Positions 1 to 12,818 are shown, numbered from the stretch's first letter. The stretch: DNA of 64,000 nt from Octopus sinensis (GCF_006345805.1 NC_043006.1:104594001-104658000); one strand, 5' to 3'. The notes: generated by a model from the sequence alone, not told the origin. Numbers and translations: made by a program.

Positions 1-23
1 TATGTAATTTTTTTTTCTTAAGG

Positions 24-473
24 CTTAAGGCTGTATAATGCGCGGGGACATAGAAATAACCAGACTGAATACCCGATCGCGCGGTTAAACCATTGGGAGT
101 GAAGGACTCCTAGCCTTTGTTAGGGCATCCTTCTAGGAGAAGGTAACTCAGGTAACTGGGATAACTCCGATATAAAACCTGCGGCTCAGTGGTTACCGAT
201 GATGTTGACTTGTTCTTCTTTTCGGATTATGGCTCCCGTTGCTTAGTGAGTGGGATTGACTCAGTGCACAGCCTTTCATCACTTTAAAAAATATCTTCTT
301 ACACAGGCATTGCAAGAAAGCAACATTGTTCATGATTGTTGATGGTGCTGTGAGTCTCAACTGAATCGCTGTTTGTAGCCTTAAAAAGCAAATAAAAGTC
401 ACATTCGATCAGAGCACCAACAACAGTTAAGCTTCGTGCAATGGTCTTACTCGATAACGAGGGGGCAGCCATC

Positions 474-475
<2 letters not shown>
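24..475. repeat. Dispersed repeat of unknown class; inverted second copy at ~31463-31818
   Basis: CTTAAGGCTGTAT...GGTAACTGGGATAACTCCGATATAAAACCTGCGGCTCAGTGG...GGGGGCAGCCATCAT is the reverse complement of 31463-31818, with scattered substitutions and one ~90-bp indel. Confidence 0.85.
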
Positions 476-506
<31 letters not shown>

Positions 507-646
507 TTCTATATATGTCTGTATAGTCACATATGCATATACGCATATATATATAATGTATGTTGTATGTATGTATACACACCCACCCACTCACTCCACA
601 GACATATATGTACGTATGCGTACATATACATGCATGCATACATAGA

Positions 647-955
647 GGCGTAGGTGTGTGGGTACGAAGTTTGTTTCGGAACCCCATGATTATAGGTTCA
701 GTGCCACTGCGTGGCAACTTGGACGAATGTTTTCTATTGTGCCTGTGGGACGACCAAATCTTCATGAGGGGATGTGGTAGACGAAAACTGAAAGAAGCTG
801 GAAGCTCGAGGTATGTGTGTTTGTGTGCGTGTGAATGTGTGTGTGTGTGCATGTGTGTGCGTGCGTGTGATTTGGTTTGTCCTTTACCAACGCTTGATAA
901 CCGGTGCTGGTTTGCTTTTATTGCTCTTACTAAGCGCTTTGGCAACAAGAAATCA
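647..955 (+). mobile_element. tRNA-derived SINE, family S1 (diverged copy)
   Basis: Aligns by eye to the complete copy at 12007-12412 (GGTTCAGTGCCACTGCGTGGCAACTTGG...GGTAGACGAAAACTGAAAGAAGC). Confidence 0.75.
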
Positions 956-1317
956 ATGGTATAAGTAGCAGAATTGAAAAAATGCTGCTCCAGCTAGAAG
1001 AGAATATATTATTCAACAAAATACGCAACGATTAAAGATCGCTGCTATAAAATATAAAATAGAAATCGCCGCCGCATAAGAATGCATGCGAAAAAAATTC
1101 GAATGCAAATTAATAAATGCACTAACGACTAACATTGAAATAGAAGCAGCGGTTAAGAGAAACGACACATCGGACCTCACGCAATTTTTCCACATATCCG
1201 ATCTCTATATGCTTCTTACATAACTCCAACTGAAATTTGGAGTTTACGCATATATATAATATATTATATATATAATATATATATATTATATATATATATA
1301 TTTATATATAATATATT

Positions 1318-1360
<43 letters not shown>

Positions 1361-1361
<1 letters not shown>

Positions 1362-1563
1362 CGGAGATGTACTTGCAAAGAAGTGACCTGATCTGAGATC
1401 GTGTGCTGGAAAGAAAGCAATTGCAGCGGGGAAGGTGTTTATGAGCCATTTAAAAACACACATAAACCGTTAAATTTAGTTCAACATTTAAATCTAATTT
1501 GCCAAAATATTTTCGTCGTTTTGAGACCGCGACCTGACCACTGACAAAATCCCGTGCTGTATC
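1361..1563. repeat. Dispersed ~200-bp repeat; inverted copy at ~44002-44183
   Basis: GGAGATGTACTTG...CTGACAAAATCCCGTGCTGT matches the reverse complement of ACAGCACGGAATTTTGTCAG...CAAGTACATCTCC. Both copies abut (TA)n. Confidence 0.75.
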
Positions 1564-1883
1564 TGAGAAAGTAACAGTTCACGATATATATGTACGTATA
1601 CATGTGTGTACGTATATATAGGCGCAGATGCGGTCATATGGTGGTAAGAAGCTTGCTTACCAACCACATGGTTCAAGATTCAGTCCAACTGAGTGGCACC
1701 TCGGGCAAGTGTCTTCTAAAATAGCAAGGTTCGGGAGAACACGTCGCTGCCACAAATTCAGCAGCAACAAACAAACAACTAAGTACGATATCAATCGCGA
1801 ATTCGTCAGCAAAGGACTGCCACTGGTAAAATGGATCTTGGAGTTGGATTGGTAGATTTTCATGAGAAAGAACGAAACCTAAG

Positions 1884-1983
1884 NNNNNNNNNNNNNNNNN
1901 NNNNNNNNNNNNNNNNNNNNNNNNNNNNNNNNNNNNNNNNNNNNNNNNNNNNNNNNNNNNNNNNNNNNNNNNNNNNNNNNNNN
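1884..1983. other. Assembly gap (100 N)
   Basis: Run of exactly 100 N. Confidence 1.
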
Positions 1984-2199
1984 TTATAGAAAGGGCTCAG
2001 CATTATTCCTGGTGCGTCAGTTACAATTGCATCGTACAGCTAGTTCCTTTCCAGTCCTATCAACTACATGGGATACATAAAAAGTACCCAAGCGTCTTTG
2101 CATCTTTTATGATACGAATTTCCAATTTTTTTTCAACCAACGAGTAACTTGGTGAGGGTCACTATTAGTATTGGAAGGTATCTTCTATCTTTTGTCTTT

Positions 2200-2575
2200 T
2201 AAATTTTTTCAGTAATTAGACTGCGGCCATGCTGGGAATCGCCTTGAAGAATTTGCTTCTAGTCGAATTAACCCAATCCAGTACTTATATATTTTTGGTA
2301 GGCATGACACATCCTATCGGGCTCTTTAGCCGAACCGCTAATATTACGGGGACGCAAACACACCAACGCTGGTTGCCAAGCAGTACTGGGGAACAAACAC
2401 TGGCACAACTGACACGAACACACACACACACACACGCTTACCAAACCCATTCACAAGTGTTTAGTCGGCCCGAGTCTATAGCAGAAGACACTTGGCAAAG
2501 GAGCCATGCATTGGAACTGAACCTGGATCCACATGGCTGACAAGCAAATTTTTTATGACACAACCAAACCTACAC
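2200..2575 (-). mobile_element. SINE family S1 copy
   Basis: Reverse complement of the S1 consensus (TTTAGTCGGCCCGAGTCTATAGCAGAAGACACTTGGCAAAGG...GGAACTGAACCTGGATCCACATGG). Confidence 0.75.
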
Positions 2576-3782
2576 CTTATAGTTTGTCTTATTTTGTGAA
2601 AAGAATTTTTCTAAGGGTTTATCCTCAAAGTTGTTATAATCCTTTTTTAAATCAGTAGTACGAGATATATTCCTTTTCGTGAGGGAGCTGTTCCAATCTT
2701 TGATGCCTGCTTCGGTATTGCCTAGGTTATAAGGGGTACACTGGCAGACATAGGGGGAGAAGAGAATAAACAGACAGACAGAAAGATAGATAGATATGTA
2801 CATGCAGTGGAAAACAATCATTGTAATCACTTTAGGAGGAAGATCGATAAAAATAGCCAGCTGATACCATATCATTTCAAAAAATTATCTTGGGACCCCC
2901 TATTGCGAATAATAACTGCTGATAACATTAACAGTGATCTCAATAAACGAACTCCATTAAAAGTATATGTGCTTAGAGACGTGCCCGTGGTGTGTATTTG
3001 CATAAACGTGTGTGTGTGTATGTGCGCATGCGAGCGTGCGTGTGTGTGTGTGTGTGTGTGGTGTGTGTGTGTATAAAGGCACTTAATTCACTTTGTCTCA
3101 TTTCATTCGTTCATTCGTTTCTTATTTCATACCACCCGCTTCATATCCTAATTTGCTGCCAGCCACAGCTACCGCTACTCCACCCCCACCCCCACCATCA
3201 CCACCACCCGACAAAACGAGGGTACCCAGGTCAGGTCTCAGACAATAACGAACTCTCCGGTTACTAATCAACGTTGCGAACAAAGGCAATAAATATTTAG
3301 ACCCAACGATATACTCAACCGTTTATTAGATTTTTGCTTCTCCCCGCTGCCTTTCAGTAAATTTTCCGACCGCTCGCTTTCACACAATACATGAACACAG
3401 ACAAATACAACACATAAACACACACAGTAGCTCTGTTTTTTTTTTGTCTCTTTCTTCCTTTCTATCTTTCTCTCCTTCTTTCTTCCTTCTTTTCTTTCTT
3501 CTTTCTTACTTTCTTTTTTTCCTCTTTCCCTCTTTCTCTCTGTGTCTTTCCCTCTGGTTTTGTCTTTCGTCTCGGTTAAATCTAACCTCAATAACCCTCC
3601 TCTCTTTACCTTATTAACATACACGTAATGTAAACACACGTGTGCGTGTGTATGCGTGTGTGCTTCTTTATGTATAATGTTGTATGTGTATATGTATTTG
3701 AATGAACCTATGTATCCGTATATGTATATTAGATATAAGTATGCATATATTATGAGAATACATTAAGACATATACCTATGCT

Positions 3783-3854
<72 letters not shown>

Positions 3855-4134
3855 ATACTTCTCTATATTGTATATATATACACATATATATACTTCTCTA
3901 TATGTGTATACACACAATATTTATATATGATGTAGTTTTGGCTTCTAAATGACTGTCTCCTTTTGCTCCTGGTCAGTTACCGTACTAACGAGTGTATGTT
4001 CATTTATCCTGACACTAGAAGCTATATATCTAAGTCCTTACGACAACCTTTAATTGATATTATATCCCTGCGTCTATTTCTGCATGTACATAGCCATAAA
4101 AGTAGACAAGCACATATTCAATTCAATTTTTTCA

Positions 4135-4198
4135 CTTCAATTTTTGTTGGCTCAAAAAGTAAAAGCAAGGCCATATAGGGGGACATGGAGTTATATAT
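4135..4198 (-). mobile_element. CR1 LINE 3' terminal fragment
   Basis: TTGGCTCAAAAAG...GGCCATATAGGGGGACATGGAGTTAT is the reverse complement of the 3' UTR of the CR1 at ~23860-23910. Confidence 0.7.
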
Positions 4199-4199
4199 G

Positions 4200-4245
<46 letters not shown>

Positions 4246-4281
4246 TCAAATGAAATAAAAAAACAGAACACAAAGGATGTC

Positions 4282-4373
4282 GCGGTACACGTGTTTCAAG
4301 TTTTATAAAACAACCTATTCTTACATCAATGTATAATCGACATAACAGATGTTTTAAAGCTCTCTTCAGCCGC
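4282..4373 (-). ncRNA. Type I hammerhead ribozyme motif
   Basis: Minus strand: GCGG-CUGAAGA-[stem II GAGCUUUAAAAC...GUUUUAUAAAACUU]-GAA-ACACGUGU-A/CCGC. Helix I GCGG:CCGC, palindromic stem III, GUA cleavage triplet. Confidence 0.75.
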
Positions 4374-4694
4374 ATGCAATTGCTATACCAAAGACTTACA
4401 TCACATTATGAAAAATCCGAAAAGGTACATTTGATATTATTTATAATGGTAGGTATATTGAGTTTCACTGAGAAAGTATGATTGTAAATCTTCATAATCA
4501 AATAGGTGTGTAGGTTATCATTGGACTTCGAAAATCCGTCCATACTGTATCATCAGTCACCTACCTGACTTACGTTGTCAATTGGATCGGATCCTATCTC
4601 TCTATATATAGATAGATAGATGTCTATGTTTGTAAATAATATACATGCTTACATTAACACACATACACACAGAACGTATATATATTATATATAT

Positions 4695-4725
<31 letters not shown>

Positions 4726-5012
4726 CGCATACACACATGCACCAAAGCACACGCGCACACATACCCAAAGCATACCCACGAAAACAGGCACTCGAAAGAG
4801 GATGTTATGTATGTAGTATTTATACGATCAACCTATGCTGCATGATATGCTTGCATTTGGAGCTGGTTCAGAAGGCTTGTTATGCGTGTCTTTATATCAT
4901 CGCGTTTGTATTTTGCTTATATACGACACATGTGTATTAGTATGGACGTAAATTTCTATTATGCGTCTATCTATCTATCTATCTAGCTAGTTAGCTATCA
5001 TTTCTTTCTCTT

Positions 5013-5051
<39 letters not shown>

Positions 5052-5069
5052 GACGCCATGATAGATCGT

Positions 5070-5247
5070 TGGCTACTACACGCGTTTTCTTCTCTCCTTG
5101 TTTCTCTCCTTGTTTTTTTCTGTGTATCTTTCTGTCGAAGAGCGTAGGCTCGAAACGTAAAATATTTTTCCATCCCTGAGCGCTATACATTTCTTTGTTG
5201 TACTCCACCTGCCTTCGTCTTTTGGTTATTTTCGTAAACTTTCCCTT
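5070..5247 (+). mobile_element. Short HHR-like element, family A (PLE pLTR-derived / SINE-like)
   Basis: TTT-CTGTCGA-A-GAGC-GTAG-GCTC-GAAACGT at 5129-5158. 3' tail CCACCTGCCTTCGTCTTTTG...TTCCC runs into (TA)n. Related copies at 5292, 47230, 59165 and 60361. Confidence 0.75.
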
Positions 5248-5291
<44 letters not shown>

Positions 5292-5292
<1 letters not shown>

Positions 5293-5407
5293 ACGGGAAG
5301 CTTTATGAAAATAAACAAAAGACGAAGGCAGGTGGAAAACAAACGAACAATTGTTTAGTATGGCGCTCAGGAAATATAAATAAAACAAGTCTTTAACGTT
5401 TCGAGCC

Positions 5408-5410
<3 letters not shown>
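5292..5410 (-). mobile_element. Family A element, 3' half, convergent on the same (TA)n tract as 5070-5247
   Basis: Minus strand: ATAGGCTCGAAACGTTAAAGAC...CCACCTGCCTTCGTCTTTTG...TTCCCGTT then (TA)n. Confidence 0.7.
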
Positions 5411-5500
<90 letters not shown>

Positions 5501-5659
5501 GTATATATATATATGTATGTATGTATATATATAATATATGTATATATATATATGTATGTATATATATATTATATATATATGTATATATATATGTATATAT
5601 ATGTATATATAATATATGTATATATATATATATGTATGTGTATATATATATATATATAT

Positions 5660-5880
5660 GAGCAAAACGCTGTCCCTCCCCGTCCAATGGACGGTGCTGA
5701 GTTATAAAACAGTTAAAGCAAATTTTCTCAAAACAACTTGTCCGACCGTCCCATAGGCTTCCCCTTTGAGAAACACTGATTTAACCTAAATTTGAGACAC
5801 CAGCAAAAGAAGAAATAAAGATAGACTTTTTTCTATTCGAAAGAAAAACAATTTTATTTGCTCAAATATGCAACCGGAGA
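5660..5880. repeat. Dispersed repeat; second copy at ~30828-31020
   Basis: GAGCAAAACGC...CCAATGGACGGTGCTGAGTT...TTGTCCGACCGTCCCATAGG...GAGAAACACTGATTTAACCTAAATTTGA is shared in the same orientation. Confidence 0.8.
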
Positions 5881-6624
5881 TTTTAAAGTACCAGTAATGA
5901 TAAGGATGTTGACTGGGAGAAAACAAACATGGTTTAAACTGTAAGCTTGGCAGGAAAGAAACGTGCCTTTAAGCAGTACAAAAACAACAAAAAATGGAAG
6001 GTGCAGTTATGTACAGGTTGACAGAAGAAAAGCAGGACAAAAACGATGCATGCAAATGGGTTAGCTGGAGTTAAATCTAGATGGAAAAGTATGATGGATT
6101 TATGAGAACGTACATATTTTGTACAAGTTGACGAATATGCATCACAGCTGAAAGCTGCTGTTTTGACCTCTGCGGACTCCACGACACCTTAGCAGTGTCA
6201 AATACTATTTTCCTCGACATCAAGTTGCATTTTTAAAACTAAAGTTATTTTAACAATGGACTAAACACTATTCAAAATCTGCCTAAATTTTTTAAATATT
6301 GTATAATATAATATAATATGATATAACATAATATTATATTACATTATATTGTACAATATAATATGATATAATACAATATAATATAATCTATTATAGTACA
6401 ATAGAATATATTATATACCTTCAAAATGAATGCTTAAACACTCACACGTTATTTCGGTTACAAATTAAGAATCAAAGCAGTCTTTTATTTGGAAACCAGA
6501 ACCATATTGTATATAAATATGGTGGGGGAGGGGTACACATACAGAGAGATGTACATACTTACATACATATATACATTCAAATAATATATTGTCTGTGTGC
6601 AAATGTTATGTTCTAATATTTTAA

Positions 6625-6775
6625 TATCTGAATTCCGCCGAGGTCGACTTGACCTTTAATGTTTGCAGGGTCGACAAAATAAGTACCAGTATAAAACTGC
6701 GGTTGATGTAATCGACGTAACCCCAACCCCTGAATTTGCTGGTTTGTGCCAAAATGTCAAATCAATATTTTAATA
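6625..6775 (+). mobile_element. SINE family S2 fragment (further diverged copies at ~6890-7070, 25205-25360, 37180-37370, 39800-39980, 40240-40615, 41140-41300, 53885-54095, 61660-62070)
   Basis: GAATTCCGCCGAGGTCGACTTG...GGGTCGACAAAATAAGTACCAG matches the complete S2 copy at 38242-38472. Confidence 0.7.
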
Positions 6776-7304
6776 TCTTAGATCTCTTCGGATTCAGGAG
6801 TTGAAAACTTAAGCAAAATACTGTGAGAATATCGGATTAGGTTTAGTTATACACAATACAATTAACATGTTGATTTCAAATTGTGGCACAAGGCCAGCAT
6901 GTTTGGTCGAGGGGTTAAGTCGAATACATCGCCCCCAGTGTTCAACTGGTTCCGATTTTATCAGCCCCGAAATGATAAGATATAAAGTCGACCTCGACGA
7001 ATTTGAATTCAGAAAGTAAACGCGGACAAAATGCCGTTAAGCGTTGTGCAGGTCATGCTGCCAGTTCTTTCAACTCCACGACGATAATGCAATTTATTTA
7101 GTCTGAAACAAAAGGAAGTCACAATAAGCTTTTTTAAAATGTTTAATTTTCATATCTTAACACATTTATTCTGTTGCGTCTGGGGAGAGTCATTTTCTTT
7201 TTGTGCCTTATAATGTAACACACTCACCGGTAAAGAGGTTGCAAGACGCAACGAAAATTTTAGAGACGAACTCTACAATTACCCGCAATTTAACTCTCTC
7301 ACAC

Positions 7305-7353
7305 CATTTCTGATGAGGGAATATCCCTAAAATACCAGAAACAGCTGTAAGAC
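7305..7353 (+). ncRNA. Degenerate minimal type I hammerhead motif in a dispersed repeat (~7190-7420)
   Basis: CTGATGA (7310-7316), G-rich stem II start, GAA-ACAGCTGT (palindromic stem III)-A. Helix I and the base of stem II are imperfect. Confidence 0.5.
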
Positions 7354-8102
7354 TAGCTTTCTCTCTATAAATGTCCTGAAAATTCCACACAATCTTGGCT
7401 TCGTTGTCGCTTTTTATTTAACATATACATGCTTATATAAGACTCGCATTAAACTCCTCACTTGTATTATTATCGAACCGAGAGTTTAACTACGGTCCTT
7501 CTATAGCACTTACATAGCCTTACCTCCCACCTTGGGTCTTCTGGGTACCAATAACTCTCTTATATATATATATATATATACACGCATATATACACATACA
7601 TATACACGACGGGCTTCTTTCAGTTTCCGTCTACCAAATCCACTCACAAGGCTTTGGTCGGCCCGAGGCTACAGTAGAAGACACTTGCTCAAGATGTCAC
7701 GCAGTGGGACTGAACGTGTATATATACACACACCCCCACACACATACACACACACACCACACACACACACACACACATATATTATATAGATATATCTATA
7801 TATATATATATATATATTATATTATATATATATATATGTAAATTTTGCTTGTTTCAGTCATTAGACTGCAGCCATGCTGGGGTACCACCACGAACCATTT
7901 ATAGTCGAACGTATCGACCTCAGTACTTTTTGTCTTTTTTTTAAAACCTGGTACTTATTCTATCGATCATTTATGCCGAACTGCTAAGTTACAGAGACAT
8001 AAACACACCAACACCGGTTGTCAAGCATGAAGGGGAGGGCGACAAACACACACCACACGCACACACACATACATATATATATGTGTGTGTGTGTGTGTAT
8101 GC

Positions 8103-8158
<56 letters not shown>

Positions 8159-9424
8159 ATGTGTGTATGTGTGTGTGTTTCCACTCACTAGACTCCTTCT
8201 TATTTTTCGAGGATCGAAAATGATGAAAAATATTTGTCACAAGAATTGATTACTTCACAATCTCCCTTGAAAAGCTAACTTAAATAGCGAAAAGCGGTTG
8301 GATATCACTATATCCATTGAATATGTATAAAATTTTTTTTATTCTTTATAAAAAGATATTAAACTATGTGAAACGAAGGCATTTCTTTTCTACTTTTTAC
8401 ATGTTTTCCACATATTATCAACTCATAAGTTTGCCACACAAGCGGCTATTTTCAATTTCCGTCTACCAAGTGCATTCACAAGACTTTGGTCGGCCCGAGG
8501 CTATAGGAGAAGAAACTTACCCAAGATGCCACATAGTGAGACTGAACTCGGAACCATGTTGTTGCTGTTAGTTGTGGTGGTGGTGGTGGTGGTGGTATGC
8601 TGTTGTTGCTTTTTGTGGCTTACTGTTTGAATCATTCATTGGGCAAACTGTGACCCGTGGGACTTTCTTGATGGGACGCCTAATGTATACGGACCACGAA
8701 TCTCTTAAGAGTGCGACCCGCTTGATAATGAACCATTACACATGTAGTCCACTTTGATAACGAGGTGTGACTCATGCGACCCGCTTCTCGAAAAAAGGTT
8801 GTCTATGTCTCAGTTTAGGTTTTCTTCCTGCTGTTTTTGTTATTATGCTTTAACATATTTCCATGTCGACCGTGAAAATGAAGACCAATTATGAAATGTG
8901 TTCCAAATGCGATCAATTTTCTGTTGCCGTTATTTAGCCCCTGGTCAGCCATCAGAGAGCAAGTGTTGTTTAACCTAGGCCAGCTTTTACTGAGCAGACT
9001 TTATCTAAAGATCATTCACTCGCAATTAGTCTATTGTGTAATGTTTAACCCCAGGTCAACCTAGATTGAACAGACTTATCACAGATGTTCCGTTTTTTGT
9101 CGTTATTGTTGTTGTTGTTCTTGCTGATGCTGTTGTTGTTGTTCTTCTTCTTCTTCCAATCAGGACTCACGCCATTAGCCACAAAGAATAATCCCTAATT
9201 CGAGCCTACTCTAAGCTACTAAGAGTGTCTGTGGCAACTTGAAGATCCACCCACCACACGCAATAGACTGGCGCAAAAGCTACGTTGTTATCATCATTCC
9301 GTAAACGGTACCTTTTAACGGGTGGAGAGCTGAACCATCCTGGGGTACAGAGGATTCGCATTCTTGACTAGGGTCTGAAAGTTTATTACACCATAGTGGA
9401 TTACACTATGGTTCCTCTGCTTTG

Positions 9425-9625
9425 TGGCGGAAGTAGGAAGAAAGAGTGAGAGAAAGTTGCGGTGAAAGAGTACTGCGGGGGTTCAACTCCCCCCACCCCC
9501 GGCCGGAATCTTGTGGAGATTAGGTGTTTTTCCTCAATAAACACTCACAATGCTCGGTTTGGGAATCGAAACCGCGTTCTTACGACCGCGAGTCCGCTGC
9601 CCTAACCACTGGACCATTGCACCTC
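9425..9625 (-). mobile_element. tRNA-derived SINE family S3
   Basis: Minus-strand head GGAGGTGCAATGGTCCAGTGGTTAGGGCAGCGGACTCGCGGTCG...GGTTTCGATTCC has A/B boxes; same family as 48019. Confidence 0.75.
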
Positions 9626-9654
9626 CATTGTTGCTGTTGTTGCTATTGTAAGTG

Positions 9655-9955
9655 AAGGCTCATAGCTTAATGGTCATAAGGTCGTGAGTTCGATTCACAG
9701 CGGCGCATTTTTTCCCTGAGCAAGACACTATATTTCACGTTGCACCAGTCTACTCAGCTGGCAAAAGTGAGTAGTACCTGCTTATCAAAGGGCCAGCCAT
9801 GTTATATTCTGTGTCACGCTGAATCTCCATGAGAACTACGTTTAAGGGTACGTGTATCTGTGGAGTACTCAGTCACTTGCACGTTAATTCCTCGAGCAGG
9901 CTGCTCTGTTGATCGGATCAACTGGAACGCTCATCGTCGTAATCGACGGAGTGCC
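9655..9955 (+). mobile_element. tRNA-derived SINE family S4 (inverted copies at ~48820-49085 and ~49108-49370)
   Basis: GTCGTGAGTTCGATTC (B box)...GAGCAAGACACT...CTGTGTCACGCTGAATCTCC...TTAAGGGTACGTGT is shared with the minus-strand copies. Confidence 0.7.
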
Positions 9956-10339
9956 GGTTTTGTCTATTCTTATTGTCGTTGTTGTTGCGATTATTGCTGT
10001 CGCTTTTGTTGTAGCTGGTGTATCTTGCCGTTGCTTAGATCATTGTCAATCTAACTTGCTGTTGCGAAGTCTCATGTCAGCCTTGACAGAGAAATATGAC
10101 GAGGGACGTTCTTTTCTCGATCAACCCAAGTTATCGTTCAGCCCTTGTCATCAACCAAATGTCATTAACCAACTGTCATTAACCAGATCTATGATCAAAT
10201 ATGTTCCACGCATGAACATCTATTTTACTTATTCATTAATCTTCTTTTCATTTTTCTCCAAGTTTCTAATTTTCAAAGATTGTCGTGTGTGATTTTTGAG
10301 ATAGTCGCCAACTATTTCCAGTATATCGTCCGTGATGGT

Positions 10340-10822
10340 CATGGCGGTGATGTTGCTGATGGCAGTGACGGAGGTAGGGGCAGTGGTGATGAAGTTACCG
10401 ATGATGTTTGAGGTAAAGGTAGTGATGTAGGTAGCAGTGGTGGGTGGCAGTGGAGGCGGTATCAGTGGTGGTGGTGGTGATGGTGAGTGTGGTGGCGGTA
10501 GTGGTGGTAGTGATGGAGGTGGCGACAGTGAAGGTTGTTGCGGTGGTGATGATGATGGTGGTGGGGTGGCAGTAGTGATGCTGATGATGGTGGCGGTGGT
10601 GGTGATGATGATGAAGATAGTGGTGGTGGGCGTGATGGTGACGGCTGTGGTTGATGATGATGATGATGGTAGAGGTGGTGCTGGTGCTGGCGGGGATGAT
10701 GGTGATGGTGGAGTGATGACGCAACAAGGGTGGGCATTATGACTCTGTCCGAAGCTTGTGTGGGGTGAAGCAGAGTGGTGTTTGTAGCGTGTGGTGTGTT
10801 GACCAATGATGACAGTGTGATT

Positions 10823-10853
<31 letters not shown>

Positions 10854-10906
10854 CAGTAGTAGTAGTAGTGGTGCTGGTGGTAGTAATAGTAGTAGTAGTG
10901 GTGGTG

Positions 10907-10937
<31 letters not shown>

Positions 10938-10954
10938 CAGTGGTGGTGGTGGTG

Positions 10955-10994
<40 letters not shown>

Positions 10995-11017
10995 AAGCAG
11001 TGGTGGTGGTGTTGGTG

Positions 11018-11061
<44 letters not shown>

Positions 11062-11100
11062 TGTGGTGGTGGTGGTGGTGGTGGCGGTGGTGGTGACGGA
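10340..11100. repeat. Compound (GGT/GAT/GTA)n trinucleotide microsatellite
   Basis: Alternating GTA and GTG/GGT blocks; source of the poly-V/P/H/L ORFs. Confidence 0.95.
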
Positions 11101-11472
11101 GAGATTGTTATTGTTGTGGCTGCTGGCGCGGTTTGTAGCATCGATATTAGTAACACAAGTTTATAATAACGATAGCAAGGTGAGTGTAGGCGTAATGTGA
11201 GAAGGGTGACGAAGTAGGGTGGGGGGGTTTTTTGTGAGCAAGACCATCAACCGTCCCCCCCCACACAATAAAGCCACGCACCCAACATTTCGCCCCTATC
11301 TACCTTCTCATACACACGCCAACTAATACCAGGGGCCGTTGTTGCTCAGTTCTCAGGAGAGAGAGAAAGGGAGAGAAAGAGAAAGACAGACAGACAGAGA
11401 GAGTGAGAGAGAGAAATGAGAATATGGCGTAAACAAAGACAACGTCTCTTTAACGCAAACACTGTCGCGCAG

Positions 11473-11675
<203 letters not shown>

Positions 11676-12006
11676 AGCTAAACAAGGCACTCACTGTCTG
11701 GCTTGTGTATATGTCAGTGTGGCTGTTTATCGGACTGTCTACTTCAATCAAGTGGGGGGCCCCTGTTTCCTTAATTGTCCTGTCAACAACCCGTGCCTAT
11801 TCAGGCTTGTTTATATAAAATATCCCGGTCACTACACAGTAACTGCTTTAGACACGAAAACGGCATTTATCTCCTCCCCTCACGATGCAATCTCCACCAT
11901 GGACAGCCTCCCTAAATTCAACACCATGCTCATTTCAATTCATTTTTCACCGAGTTTCTTATATTTCCACATGCACACAAACACGTATGTGCTGTCCGTA
12001 CACATA

Positions 12007-12412
12007 GGCGCAGGAGTGGCTGTGTAGTAAGTAGCTTGCTAACCAACCACATGGTTCCGGATTCAGTCCCACTGCGTGGCATCTTGGGCAAGTGTCTTCT
12101 GCTATAGCCGGGGGCCGACCAATGCCTTGTGAGTGGATTTGGTAGACGGAAACTGAAAGAAGCCTGTTGTATATATGTATATATATATGTATATGTTTGT
12201 GTGTGTGTGTTTGTGTGCCTGTGTTTGTCCCCCTAGCATTGCTTGACAACCAATGCTGGTGTGTTTACGCCCCCGTCACTTAGCGGTTCGGGAAAAGAGA
12301 CCGATAGAATAAGCACTGGGCTTACAAAGAATAAGTGCCGGGGCCGATTTGCTCGACTAAAGGCGGTGCTCCAGCATGGCCGCAGTCAAAATGACTGAAA
12401 CAAGTAAAAGAG
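12007..12412 (+). mobile_element. tRNA-derived SINE family S1, complete copy
   Basis: Head GGCGCAGGAGTGGCTGTGTAGTAAG with B-box-like GGTTCCGGATTCAGTCCC, central (TA)/(TG) tract, tail GCTCCAGCATGGCCGCAGTC...GACTGAAACAAGTAAAAGAG. More than 15 copies or fragments in the window. Confidence 0.9.
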
Positions 12413-12787
12413 TATACAGCCACACACATACATACCCTTTCAGACAAATATACAGACACGTATATATACAAACACGTGGGCCTCTAAGTCCCTCTCAGAG
12501 CATATGATACGCTAATTGCGTGGAGCAATCTTTCAATTTATGTTTAATTATTCCGTGTGTGTGTATTCTTTTATTCTTTTATTCTTTGTTTCAGTCCTTT
12601 GACTGCGGCCATACTGAAGTACCGCCTTTAATCGAGAAAATTGACCCCAGGACTTATTCTTTGTAAGCCTAAACTTATTCTATCGGTCTCTTAAACCGAA
12701 GCGCTAAGTTACGGGGCGTAAATGCACCAGCATCCGCTGTTAAGCGATGTTGGGCAGACAAACAGACGCACAAACATATACAAGCAC

Positions 12788-12818
<31 letters not shown>

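Noticed and set aside
38-95. Possible HDV-like ribozyme (GCGCG...CGCGC-GG)
   Set aside because: The P3/L3 consensus is absent, so the pseudoknot cannot be built.
1700-2190. Continuity of sequence across the N gap
   Set aside because: A 100-N gap is a placeholder of unknown size; no adjacency can be inferred.
2576-2740. Possible 165-nt phase-0 exon on the minus strand (polypyrimidine-AG acceptor, open frame)
   Set aside because: The apparent donor is just the 5' end of a SINE, the peptide is not recognisable, and there are no partner exons.
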